Assembly (NCBI GenBank): GCA_028688055.1
Contig: JAQTYZ010000003.1
Span: 66,752-130,751, forward strand
Source: Patescibacteria group bacterium
GTDB lineage: Bacteria > Patescibacteriota > Patescibacteriia > Buchananbacterales > UBA6539
Length of the DNA: 64,000 bases
Direction of reading: 5' to 3'
Positions 50,520 through 60,151 of the stretch are shown here, piece by piece (the stretch's first letter is position 1; each line of letters opens with the position of its first letter). The notes under the pieces are model-generated. The model saw only the letters and a list, made by a program, of their open reading frames with translations, did no database searches and was not told where the DNA came from. The translations under genes were made by a program, and so were the position numbers.

Positions 50520-51044
50520 ATGTCGACTACAACTCAATTTTTTATTACAGCATGGACTATTCTTGATTCGTTGCCAACCGTTTATAGTTTGGTTGCCGGC
50601 ATGTCAGTTGGTATTTTACTAATCGCCTGCATTCTCAGAAAAGAGTTTCGTTGGTTTAGAAATGTCAGAAGGCCAATTATGATTTTTTCTCCCAAAGGCA
50701 GTACGACGCTTGATATGAAGATGGAAACTAAAATTTTGCGAGATACTAAGTTTTTTAAAATTCCTGAAGACCCGTCGGATAATTTTCAAGACTGTCACAA
50801 CATTGCCAACCATAGTTTAGTCATTGTTGGGTATGAGCCCGGCATGGCTGGCTTTAAGGATATATTGAACGCCGTGAAGAGTGTAAAGATTCCTATAGTA
50901 GTTTATACAAAGCAACCGCTTGCCGAAACTGACCGGAATTTATTGAATAGTTACCCGTGGCATTCAGTCTGTAACTTTCCGCTAAAATTATTAAGCGATA
51001 CTTTTACTATTTTATCAACATTCCCTAACAAAAAAAGAATATGA
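50520..51044 (+). CDS. Membrane-anchored hypothetical protein, candidate CBASS effector
   Basis: N-terminal TM helix plus alpha/beta domain; overlaps the CD-NTase start. Confidence 0.5.
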   Translation: MSTTTQFFITAWTILDSLPTVYSLVAGMSVGILLIACILRKEFRWFRNVRRPIMIFSPKGSTTLDMKMETKILRDTKFFKIPEDPSDNFQDCHNIANHSLVIVGYEPGMAGFKDILNAVKSVKIPIVVYTKQPLAETDRNLLNSYPWHSVCNFPLKLLSDTFTILSTFPNKKRI

Positions 51045-52051
51045 CGACGCAAGAATTTTTTGATGGCCTGCTTGACCATGTCGATTTGAAGGTCAGCGAT
51101 AAGGAGCGACGACTGATCGAAACTAAACAGAATGAGCTGCGCGAAAAGTTGCGCGAATTCCTGGATTTAGAGGATGATTTCCTTACGGGGTCATACCGTC
51201 GCAATACAATCATTAAGCCGAGGAATCCATCGGAAAAATTTGATGTCGATGTGTTTGTTGCTTTCAACAAGGAAGATTACGAGAATAAGGACTTAGCTGA
51301 GCTTCGGCAAACGGTAATTGACGCTTTGCATAATATAAATAGTCAGTACCCAGAGCTGGGGATCTCGCGAATTAATGAAAGCCAGCGTCGTTCCGTTAGA
51401 GTTGAATTTGGGAATAATTTTCAAATTGATGTCGTTCCGGCGATTCAAATTGAAAAAGATGTTCACTACAAGATTTTTGACAAGAGGACACTCTCGGCAG
51501 TTAAGTCGAATCCAAAACTGCACGGTGAATTACTGACCAAGGCTAACGAGCATGCGAAAGGTAAATTAGTCCCTTTAATAAAAATGTTACGGGCGTGGAA
51601 GCGTCAAGAGTGCCCATACGTTAAATCATTTCATATTGAGTTACTGGCGGTTGAGATTTTAGGATCGTCAAATTTCGATTCCTATTCCGAAGGGGCTGAT
51701 ATATTTTTTGATAAGGCAAGGGAGTATGCGAAGAGTGCTTGCCTTAAGGATCCGGCAAACGCCGATGTCACTATTGATGACTACCTCGATGATGACGGCA
51801 AGAGGCAAGACTTTATTAACCTAATTAACACAGAATTTCAATTGTCAGAAGAAGCAAGGAAATTAGAATCGGTCGGGGACGAAGATGGTGCAGTCGCTAA
51901 GTGGCAAGAAATTTTCTATGACGAAGATGAAAAAACTGCGGCGGCGATTAGGTCTGGTAACTTTTACGTGGGTGCTGGTGGAGTGGTAGTAGGCAATAAT
52001 GATGAGCAAAAGTATGGGAGAATTGAATCGCCCCGTTCCTACCGAGTCTAA
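51041..52051 (+). CDS. cGAS/DncV-like nucleotidyltransferase (SMODS/CD-NTase)
   Basis: GSY.R.T.IKP, DVDVFV, IDVVPA, SNP, IKML.AWK, SF.IE, DPA. Confidence 0.88.
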   Translation: MTTQEFFDGLLDHVDLKVSDKERRLIETKQNELREKLREFLDLEDDFLTGSYRRNTIIKPRNPSEKFDVDVFVAFNKEDYENKDLAELRQTVIDALHNINSQYPELGISRINESQRRSVRVEFGNNFQIDVVPAIQIEKDVHYKIFDKRTLSAVKSNPKLHGELLTKANEHAKGKLVPLIKMLRAWKRQECPYVKSFHIELLAVEILGSSNFDSYSEGADIFFDKAREYAKSACLKDPANADVTIDDYLDDDGKRQDFINLINTEFQLSEEARKLESVGDEDGAVAKWQEIFYDEDEKTAAAIRSGNFYVGAGGVVVGNNDEQKYGRIESPRSYRV

Positions 52052-52841
52052 CCCGCAATGGTACGATACATTACCAGATCGCCTTGAGGAAGAAATTCGG
52101 TTAATGAAAGAATTTCATCCTTCATTTGATCTTAGCCATTCTGCCGGGGAAAGTATTTTTTGGACAGGATATGCGAAAGCATTGCGAAGCGATGGTTCAG
52201 TAATTACAGTATTGAAAATTAAAATAGAATGTCCAGCAGCATATCCTTTTTTATTTCCCCTGGTTTATGATTCTGAGAACATTTTGTTTAACCGCGGTTG
52301 CCCGCACCTAAGTAATAGCAGCGGCGGTTTTTTCACTCTTTGTTACGGGAATAGGCTCGATCCCCAGTTGGATTTTCAAGGGTCTACACGTGTTAAGGAC
52401 GTAGTAAACTACGTATGCATTTTTCTTGCCCGCCAATGGCATTTTGAAAGGTATGGTTTTTGGCCTGACGGTCAACCTCACGGTGAATTAGCCTTTTTAT
52501 ATCATGAGATTAAGCAAGACGTTTTGAATCCTGATGATTTATGCCCCTGTGGCCTAACTGAAAAAACATACAGACATTGTCATATGCCCGCTGTTTTAAA
52601 CGTTCTCAACCAATGGGACCTATCCCTAAAAGGAGAAATCAGGAAACGTGTTGATCAGGTTAGTGGTAGAAATGACCCATGCCCTTGTGGGAGCGACAAA
52701 AAATTTAAAAAATGTTGTTCGCCAAAACTAAATTATTCAAGTAAGTTTTTTTTATTCATGAAATTTCCAGAATTTTTTGACTTTGATTTGTTCAGGCGTG
52801 ATAATATATTAAATGCTTTGTGTGGCATGAAAACTGAATGA
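51999..52841 (+). CDS. Prokaryotic E2-like protein fused to two SEC-C/Zn motifs
   Basis: RL.EE, W.G, I.CP..YP..FP.VY, PH, LC; CPCG...RHCH and GRNDPCPCGS.KKFKKCC; start uncertain. Confidence 0.7.
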   Translation: MMSKSMGELNRPVPTESNPQWYDTLPDRLEEEIRLMKEFHPSFDLSHSAGESIFWTGYAKALRSDGSVITVLKIKIECPAAYPFLFPLVYDSENILFNRGCPHLSNSSGGFFTLCYGNRLDPQLDFQGSTRVKDVVNYVCIFLARQWHFERYGFWPDGQPHGELAFLYHEIKQDVLNPDDLCPCGLTEKTYRHCHMPAVLNVLNQWDLSLKGEIRKRVDQVSGRNDPCPCGSDKKFKKCCSPKLNYSSKFFLFMKFPEFFDFDLFRRDNILNALCGMKTE

Positions 52842-53234
52842 GACAGTCAAAAGTAGCCTTAAGGACTGTCTCATTTGTCTCATTTTCCCAAAAAGGCTAC
52901 AATTATCGAGTTAAATCACCTGACCGGTTCCCGTCCAGATTCGTAGCTGAAAGACCGCTGAAACCCTTGGTAACGGTGGTTCCAGACCGCGATGGGGAGC
53001 TTAGCTCTCCTTTTTTGTTTTCTAAAATATTTTCAATGGTATAATCCTATATTCTCGAAGATGGTTTGAAAGGTGGTGTATGCTGTATTGTCAATTCCCT
53101 GTCCTTTAAAGAGGAGGTTCGCTTCCAAATACGCTAGGATAGCTCTCCTAACGTTTATAGCTTTCAACTTTGTTAATTCTAAGATGGTTAGGTAGCAGCT
53201 TTACTTAAGTATGTTTTTTGGTTATAATATTTTT

Positions 53235-54266
53235 ATGCTAAATGAAATTAAAAAATTAAGAGAATCATTTAACCAGGAGATTGATGGTATTTCCGATGGT
53301 GACTCTTTAGATGAGTTAGAGGTAAGTTATCTGGGTCGCAAATCGGGTAAATTAAACAATATTTTACGAGGGTTAAAGGATTTAGCAGAAGATGACCGTA
53401 AAAAAGTTGGACCACTGGCCAATAAGTTAAAAAAGGAAATTGAGGAAAATATTGTAATAAAGCGAAAAGAATTGATCCACGGCAAAGCTAGCGAAGAATT
53501 TTTTGATGTTACCTTGCCGGGCACTAAATTTCCAGAAGGCCATTTGCATTTGGTGACGCAAGCAATTAGGGAAATAACCCACATTTTTGAAAAAATCGGT
53601 TTTACTCGGGTTAAATATCCTGAAGTCGAATGGGATTATTATGCCTTTGGCGCACTTAATATGCCTCTTGATCATCCAGCTCGTGATGAATGGGAAACTT
53701 TTTTTATTGACGCTGAGCCAGTAGGGCCAAAAGGAAAAAGAATATTGACTCCCCATACTTCATCGGGGCAGGTAAGAGAAATGGAAAAAGGAAAGTTGCC
53801 GATCAGAATGATTAATATTTCAAAATGCTATCGACGCCAAGCCGATGTTTCTCACTTGCCGATGTTTCATCAGTTTGAAGGATTATTAATTGCTGAGCAG
53901 GTTACGATTGCGAATTTAAAAGGAACGCTCGAATATTTTTTTAAAAATTATTACGGCCCTGATCGGAAATATCGTTTAAGGCCGTTTCATTTTCGATTTA
54001 CCGAACCCAGCTTTGAGATAGATGTTTCCTGCGATCTGTGCCAAGGTAGAGGATGTAAAATGTGCAAAGCTGGGTGGCTTGAGCTGGGTGGCGCTGGGAT
54101 GGTTCATCCGAACGTTTTAAAAGCCGGTAAAATTGATCCCCATAAATACTCCGGCTTTGCTTTTGGCTGGGGGGTTGAACGGGTCTTTTTAATGAAGCCA
54201 GGATTAAACATTCCAGATATCAGAATGTTGTACAATAATGATTTGAGATTTCTACAGCAGTTTTAA
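53235..54266 (+). CDS. pheS: Phenylalanine--tRNA ligase alpha subunit
   Basis: HPARD, HTSSGQ, H.PMFHQ.EG, F.FTEPS.E, GFAFGWGVER. Confidence 0.95.
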   Translation: MLNEIKKLRESFNQEIDGISDGDSLDELEVSYLGRKSGKLNNILRGLKDLAEDDRKKVGPLANKLKKEIEENIVIKRKELIHGKASEEFFDVTLPGTKFPEGHLHLVTQAIREITHIFEKIGFTRVKYPEVEWDYYAFGALNMPLDHPARDEWETFFIDAEPVGPKGKRILTPHTSSGQVREMEKGKLPIRMINISKCYRRQADVSHLPMFHQFEGLLIAEQVTIANLKGTLEYFFKNYYGPDRKYRLRPFHFRFTEPSFEIDVSCDLCQGRGCKMCKAGWLELGGAGMVHPNVLKAGKIDPHKYSGFAFGWGVERVFLMKPGLNIPDIRMLYNNDLRFLQQF

Positions 54267-54638
54267 CCGATCTAAATTCAATAGAATATAAAAAAATGAC
54301 TACCACCGAGAGAATCAACGGTAGTCGTTTGTGTTTATAATTGATCCCAGCCGTAAAGGGAGAGTCTGGGCTTATTTTTTATTAATTACTCGTTCAAATT
54401 GCCGATCCTTTCTATTTTTGGTAGGATTAAACTGAAAAACCAGCAATTTTTCCTACATCCAAACGTTAAATAAAATAAATTTTAGGTGGTCAACCGAAAA
54501 CAAGATCAACATTTAGCTTAATAATATTAAGGTGGTAGACTAAGATATTATTAAAATTTTATCCTGTTTCGCTCCGCAAAATTTCATCTAGCATCAAGAT
54601 TGCCTGAAACTAAAAATATTCTTTAACTAAATAAAACT

Positions 54639-54965
54639 ATGCCATTTCTAAATCAAAAACCAATGTTAAGTGATTTTCAACAGTATGTCCGCGAACTTGA
54701 GGAAGAACGCGGGTTTACTAGTCAAACAGTTTTACAAAGGTGTCTAATGCTCGGCGAAGAAATGGGTGAGCTATTTCAGGCGATTCGTAAAGAAGAGAAT
54801 ATAGTAATTGACCATAACTCCAAGTTTGGCTCAATTGAAGAAGAACTTGCGGACATTTTTATTTTTTTGTGTTCAATTGCCAATAGATATAATATCGATT
54901 TAGAACAGGCCTTTCGAACCAAAGAGGAAGTGAATAAAAAAAGAGTTTGGAGCAAAGTAGCGTAG
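54639..54965 (+). CDS. MazG-like nucleotide pyrophosphohydrolase
   Basis: EEMGEL..AIRK, EELADI. Confidence 0.88.
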   Translation: MPFLNQKPMLSDFQQYVRELEEERGFTSQTVLQRCLMLGEEMGELFQAIRKEENIVIDHNSKFGSIEEELADIFIFLCSIANRYNIDLEQAFRTKEEVNKKRVWSKVA

Positions 54966-54992
54966 AAAGTTTTAATCAATAATATTTAAAAT

Positions 54993-55340
54993 ATGAGCGA
55001 AACACTTGAGGAGGAACCAATTGAAACATTAACCAATACGAATAATTTTTATACTTATCTGCCCGGGGGTTGGCTAAGAGACTTGGGGGGCGCAAATCCG
55101 GAACAGCAGCGGTTAATGGCGGCGATTGATCAATTGCTGCAAGATGAATTCTCCGATATCAATGGTGCGGAAATTGCTAAGACTATGGCTGAGGCAAATC
55201 AATCAATCGCTCAAGCTTTTAACGACAAGGGGTCACCGGACCAAGCGAGAGCACAATTTAAAGCGGCGGAAGAAAAACTGCGCCCATTATTTAATCGACT
55301 TTTGGAGCTGGGCTTTGACGCTGATTTGATGCGGGGATAA
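54993..55340 (+). CDS. Hypothetical protein
   Basis: Co-oriented ORF, no recognisable motif. Confidence 0.5.
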   Translation: MSETLEEEPIETLTNTNNFYTYLPGGWLRDLGGANPEQQRLMAAIDQLLQDEFSDINGAEIAKTMAEANQSIAQAFNDKGSPDQARAQFKAAEEKLRPLFNRLLELGFDADLMRG

Positions 55341-55392
55341 ATTTGGCCGATCGCGCTGCACTATTAAGTTTAAAAATTTTTTAAGTAATAAC

Positions 55393-55839
55393 ATGGCTAA
55401 AAATATTTCAGTTATTCCTAATTGTTTTTATCGTGTCAGCGTCAAGGCTTTGATTCTTGATGACCAAAAAAGATTTTTACTTACCTGGGAAGACAAGGGC
55501 TTTTGGGAACTGCCCGGCGGCGGTTTAGATTTTGGCGAAAAATCGTTTGAATGTCTGGCTCGGGAAATAAAAGAAGAAATGGGGCTGGAGGTAACTCAGG
55601 TTAACGACCGGCCGTCGTATTTTTTAACCGTTTTGCACCGCGGTGGCCAGTATTCGATTTGTAACATTTTGTATGAAGTAAAAGTCAACAACTTGAATTT
55701 TCGGCCGTCAGCGGAGTGCGTTGAGCTGCGGTTTTTTACCAAGGCTGAAGCGGCCAAAGAAAATCTTTCGATTAATGTTGTTGAGTTTGTAAAATTGTAT
55801 AATCCCGACAATCATCAGCCGGGGGAAAATAGTGTTTAG
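55393..55839 (+). CDS. NUDIX hydrolase
   Basis: PGGGLDFGE......REIKEEMG. Confidence 0.9.
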   Translation: MAKNISVIPNCFYRVSVKALILDDQKRFLLTWEDKGFWELPGGGLDFGEKSFECLAREIKEEMGLEVTQVNDRPSYFLTVLHRGGQYSICNILYEVKVNNLNFRPSAECVELRFFTKAEAAKENLSINVVEFVKLYNPDNHQPGENSV

Positions 55840-55907
55840 GGCAGTGATGGATTTGATGCTCCAAAAAATGGGTGATAGTAAATTTAAAAATATTTATTTT
55901 AAAACAG

Positions 55908-56540
55908 ATGGCTGATTGGGACAAAATTTATGTTGATTACCAGCAAGGTGGAGAAGCTTGGGCAACCTTAAGCGAAGGGATCCATCCTTTATTTAAACAA
56001 TTTTTGAACCAATCAAATTTTAAACATCAACAGGTTTTAGATATCGGATGTGGGACTGGCAAATATGCAAGCTGGTTGATTAACCAAGGCTTCCAAGTTG
56101 ATGGTATTGATTCTAGTCCAACCGCTGTTCAAATGACCAAAGACTTGCTGGGCGGTCAAGCCGGAATGATCAAAGAGGCAAATATGTTTAAATTCAGCAT
56201 TGCCAAAAATAAATATGATTTAATAATTTCGGTGGCAACTATTCAGCACGGTATTAAAAAAGACATTCAAAATTTGATTAACAAAATTCACTCGGCCTTA
56301 GTGGCTGGCGGAAAAACGTTTATTACTATGCCAGATTTGGAGAGTTCGAAAAAATGGAAGACATTTAAGAGTCATCAGGATTTGGGCGATAGTACTTTCG
56401 CCCCTTTAGCTGGTCCAGAGCAAGGTTTACCTCATAGTTTCTTTACTAAAGTCGAAGTTCAAAAATTGTTTGCCAAATTTAGCAAGGTCAAAATCAATTT
56501 GGATGATCGGGGGCGCTGGGTTGTTCAAGCTGCTAAATGA
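55908..56540 (+). CDS. Class I SAM-dependent methyltransferase
   Basis: VLDIGCGTG, GIDSS; start reassigned to ATG 55908. Confidence 0.85.
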   Translation: MADWDKIYVDYQQGGEAWATLSEGIHPLFKQFLNQSNFKHQQVLDIGCGTGKYASWLINQGFQVDGIDSSPTAVQMTKDLLGGQAGMIKEANMFKFSIAKNKYDLIISVATIQHGIKKDIQNLINKIHSALVAGGKTFITMPDLESSKKWKTFKSHQDLGDSTFAPLAGPEQGLPHSFFTKVEVQKLFAKFSKVKINLDDRGRWVVQAAK

Positions 56541-56558
56541 AATAGATAAATTTTTTCT

Positions 56559-56948
56559 ATGAAACTGATTCAAAAAGCCATCATTAAAATGGGCGATAAA
56601 TATTTGATCGGGCTGAGGTCGCCCAACGCTAAATATTTTCCCCAACACTGGGATTTGCCCGGCGGCAAACTGGAGCCAAACGAAGATCCATTTTTAGGAA
56701 TCAAACGAGAAGTAAAAGAAGAAACGGATTTAGAGGTCAAACCGCTTAAGGTTTTGGGCGTTTATGAATTTGATTTGGATGGGCAAGGGGAGAATACTCA
56801 TCGTTTTACCATCTATGCCGTTGAAATTATTTCCGGTACGGTTAAATTAAGTTCGGAACACACTGAGCAAAGCTGGGCCACCAAAGATGAAATCCTCAAA
56901 TTGAAGATTGAACCATACTTTGTGCCTTTTTTTGAAGAACATCCGTAA
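56559..56948 (+). CDS. NUDIX hydrolase
   Basis: PGGKLE.NE......REVKEETDL. Confidence 0.9.
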   Translation: MKLIQKAIIKMGDKYLIGLRSPNAKYFPQHWDLPGGKLEPNEDPFLGIKREVKEETDLEVKPLKVLGVYEFDLDGQGENTHRFTIYAVEIISGTVKLSSEHTEQSWATKDEILKLKIEPYFVPFFEEHP

Positions 56949-57198
56949 AAATTTATTTGAGCAATAACTTATGGCGTTAGCTGGATTTAATAGTGCCAGT
57001 AAGTATAGTATGCGACGTTGAGAAAGAGTAAAATTTTGTTTTAAGAATAAAAAACCCCATCACATGGACAGTAATAAAATATTTCATCAACTTTAAAGTC
57101 GGTGGTCTAGGCCTCCTTTTTTGTTTCCCCATAGCGCTTGATAATATTCAAAAAATGTAGTATATTTTATTTTCAGGCCAATTATTATTTTTTTAAAA

Positions 57199-58656
57199 AT
57201 GGCAAACGAAGGTATTTTAAGATTTGATAACGTGACATTTGAATATGTCGAAAAAAAGCCGCTGTTGGAAGAGGCGAGTTTTAGCGTGCGCAAGGGCGCA
57301 AAAATTACTTTAATGGGGCAAAATGGTGCCGGTAAAAGTACAATTTTTGGTTTGATTAAAAAAGAGTTAAAGCCAAAAAGCGGTCAAGTGTTTGTGACCG
57401 ATAATGCCAGTATTGCGACAGCCGCGCAGGTAATTGATCGGCAAGATTTTGCCCTAACGGTTGAAGCTTATTTCGCCAAAGCGTTTAGTCCAGTTCCGGC
57501 CAACTTGAAAAGTCGAATCAGCAAAGCGATGGATGCGGTTAACTTAAGTGTCCCCACCGCCCACACTGTTGGCGACTTGTCCGGCGGGCAACAAGCGCGA
57601 TTATTATTGGCCTATGCGTTGATTCAAAATCCTGATATTTTATTGCTCGACGAGCCAACTAATAATTTGGACACGGCCGGCATTGATCACTTGATTGCTT
57701 TTTTAATGGCCTACGACAAAACCGTAATTGTCATTTCTCATGATGCGAATTTCTTAAATTGTTTTACCGATGGGGTTATTTACCTTGATATTTTTACCAA
57801 GAAATTAGAAACCTATGTCGGCGACTATTATACGGTGGTTGAAGAAATTAATCAGCGAATTGAACGCGAAATTAAAAAAAATGCCCAACTCGAAAAACAG
57901 ATTCAAGACCGTAAGGACAAAGCCAATTTTTTCGCCAACAAAGGCGGTAAGATGAGAAAATTGGCGAAGAAATTGCGCGATGAAACTTATGAGATGGAAG
58001 AAAATAAAGTTGACGTGCGCCGCGACGATAAAACCATTCGCGAATTTACGATTCCTAATCAGGATATTCATGGGGACATTGTGACCATTACCAGCGTTAA
58101 GGTAGTCAAAAATCATGAACCGGTGGCGGTGGCGGTTAATAAAGTTTTAAAAAAACGTTCGCGTTTATTAGTTTCCGGACCAAACGGGATCGGTAAAAGT
58201 ACGCTGTTGCGATCATTGGTCAAGGGAACCGAAGCCGGTGTCAAGATTTTGGACGGGGTGCGCGTCGGCTATTACAGTCAGGATTTCGCGGCGCTTAATT
58301 TTGACGAAACGGTTTTTGATTCGTTGAAAAATGTGATGATTGAAGGTCATGATATTCAGGAGGTGCGTTCAATTGCCGCCGGTTTTCTTATTACCGGTGA
58401 ATTTATGGGCAGTAAAGTTTCGCAATTGTCCGAAGGTCAAAAGGGTTTATTGGCCTTCGCGCGATTGGTTTTGATGGAGCCAGGTTTGCTGATTTTAGAT
58501 GAACCGACTAATCACATTAATTTTCGTCACATTCCGATTATCGCTCAAGCGGTCAACGATTACCAAGGCGCACTAATTTTAATCAGCCATATGCCGGAGT
58601 TTGTTAGTGAAATTAAGGTTGATGATTATTTGGATTTGGGCGCGCTAGCCAAATAG
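57199..58656 (+). CDS. ABC-F family ATPase
   Basis: Two ABC cassettes (GQNGAGKST/LSGGQ/LDEPTN and GPNGIGKST/LSEGQ/LDEPTN); no TM segments. Confidence 0.9.
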   Translation: MANEGILRFDNVTFEYVEKKPLLEEASFSVRKGAKITLMGQNGAGKSTIFGLIKKELKPKSGQVFVTDNASIATAAQVIDRQDFALTVEAYFAKAFSPVPANLKSRISKAMDAVNLSVPTAHTVGDLSGGQQARLLLAYALIQNPDILLLDEPTNNLDTAGIDHLIAFLMAYDKTVIVISHDANFLNCFTDGVIYLDIFTKKLETYVGDYYTVVEEINQRIEREIKKNAQLEKQIQDRKDKANFFANKGGKMRKLAKKLRDETYEMEENKVDVRRDDKTIREFTIPNQDIHGDIVTITSVKVVKNHEPVAVAVNKVLKKRSRLLVSGPNGIGKSTLLRSLVKGTEAGVKILDGVRVGYYSQDFAALNFDETVFDSLKNVMIEGHDIQEVRSIAAGFLITGEFMGSKVSQLSEGQKGLLAFARLVLMEPGLLILDEPTNHINFRHIPIIAQAVNDYQGALILISHMPEFVSEIKVDDYLDLGALAK

Positions 58657-58780
58657 TTTACGACAGTTGAGTTTTTTATTTTAAAAATAGTTGATTCCCG
58701 CCACCGCGGGATTTTTTATTAGCTAACAGTATCACGTATGAAGGAGGGATGGCGAAGCACCATGGCCTTCTACTGTACCT

Positions 58781-58856
58781 GTCATCCTGAATTAATTTCA
58801 GGATCTCTGAGATGCTGAACCCACTGCCACGGCGGGGCAAGTAAGTTTGGCATGAC
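58781..58856. repeat. REP-like palindromic element with nested GCCACGGC palindrome
   Basis: GTCATCCTGAA-TTAAT-TTCAGGAT ... GATGCTGAAC ... GTTTGGCATGAC enclosing CTGCCACGGCGG. Confidence 0.5.
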
Positions 58857-58989
58857 CCTAACGAGCGTGTCGCGAAGCACAGGAAACCTCGGCATTAATT
58901 GACATGAGTTTTTGGTTTCGTTAGGATGGTTTTAGTGTTTCGTCGTGCCTGGTTTGGGTCAAGCGTTGTTTGGCAACAGAGGAGGGCTT

Positions 58990-59436
58990 ATGCCTACAAG
59001 TCGAACGTTAAGTATAGCTTTTTTGTTTGCCCGTGGGTCACGGGATCAGATCCTGGAAAAAGCTAATGATTACGCTCGGATGATTCCGTCAAGCGAAGCC
59101 AAGTTTAAGCGACTGCCAACATCAAGCGTTAGTCAGGTCGTCGCCACCTTATCCCGTTCGCTCGAAGATGGCGGCGGTAGGGGTATTCCTAATGCCGGTG
59201 ATGTTTGGGTGGCGTGCGTCCAGTATCCGACCGAGTGTTTATTGCCGCCATTGACCGGTGCCGTGACTGTTCAGTTTCATGAAGAAACCGTCACTAACGG
59301 CAGCTTTGAACAGTTGGCGGAGAAAGTCAATCAATTTACCAAAGAGCATCGCGCCACTTACTTTGAGGTGACGTGGGATGATCGCAGTCCCAACTCTTGG
59401 TCGGTGATAATTACGTACCTTGTAGCGTACAACTAG
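58990..59436 (+). CDS. Hypothetical protein
   Basis: ATG after GAGGAGGG RBS; promoter-like TTGACA upstream. Confidence 0.55.
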   Translation: MPTSRTLSIAFLFARGSRDQILEKANDYARMIPSSEAKFKRLPTSSVSQVVATLSRSLEDGGGRGIPNAGDVWVACVQYPTECLLPPLTGAVTVQFHEETVTNGSFEQLAEKVNQFTKEHRATYFEVTWDDRSPNSWSVIITYLVAYN

Positions 59437-59566
59437 ACGGTGCGTTTGGACTGACCGTTCATTGTTTCCAGAGCCATCAATCCGTCTAAGGTAATTGGTG
59501 GTTTTTTTTATAAAAATGATTTGGTAAATCGCCAACCAGACGATTTTTTGTTACAATATCAAAACT

Positions 59567-60082
59567 ATGAAAATTGTAATTATTGGTTCGTTGGCCAAAG
59601 GTGATGAAATTAGGAAGTCCTGGCTTGATTGGAAGCCCGGCTATCTTAAGGTTTTATCTCAAATCCCCGGCGTTGAGATTAATGACGGCGATGAATGGCA
59701 AGATGAATCGAAACCCGTTATCACCGTCGGTCATGATGCGCAGATGATTAAAATTTGCGATGTCGTTATTGTTAATGCGGAAATCAAACTTGGCGCTGGT
59801 ACCGCGATGGAAATAATGATTGCCAAATATTTTTCCAAACCCGTTATCACGGTTTTACCGCGTAACAGCCACCATCGTCGTCGTGATGTTTGGTTTGAGG
59901 GAAAAATTATTGAAGACTGGATTCATCCGTTTATTTTTGTCGTCTCCGATGCCATTATCGAAAATATTGATCAAGTCTATGATCAGCTCGATCAGTTGCA
60001 AAAAGGCAAAATGTCAGTTAAGGGTATTAGCGTGATTGATGACGCCATTACCCAATATTTAAAACTCATTAGCCAAAAGTAA
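59567..60082 (+). CDS. Nucleoside 2-deoxyribosyltransferase-like protein
   Basis: D...I..CD.VI, GAGTAMEI..A....KPVI. Confidence 0.6.
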   Translation: MKIVIIGSLAKGDEIRKSWLDWKPGYLKVLSQIPGVEINDGDEWQDESKPVITVGHDAQMIKICDVVIVNAEIKLGAGTAMEIMIAKYFSKPVITVLPRNSHHRRRDVWFEGKIIEDWIHPFIFVVSDAIIENIDQVYDQLDQLQKGKMSVKGISVIDDAITQYLKLISQK

Positions 60083-60151
60083 AATTTATTAAGATAAAAA
60101 ACAATCCCGCTGAGGTGGGGTTGTTTTTTGAAATATATTTAGGGTGATAAG

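Larger units (their letters stand above)
32440..52875. mobile_element. Genomic island downstream of tRNA-Asn (recombinase, defence genes, DGR, terminase-like genes); ends approximate
   Basis: Starts next to a tRNA with a large serine recombinase; accessory content until the pheS leader. Confidence 0.7.
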
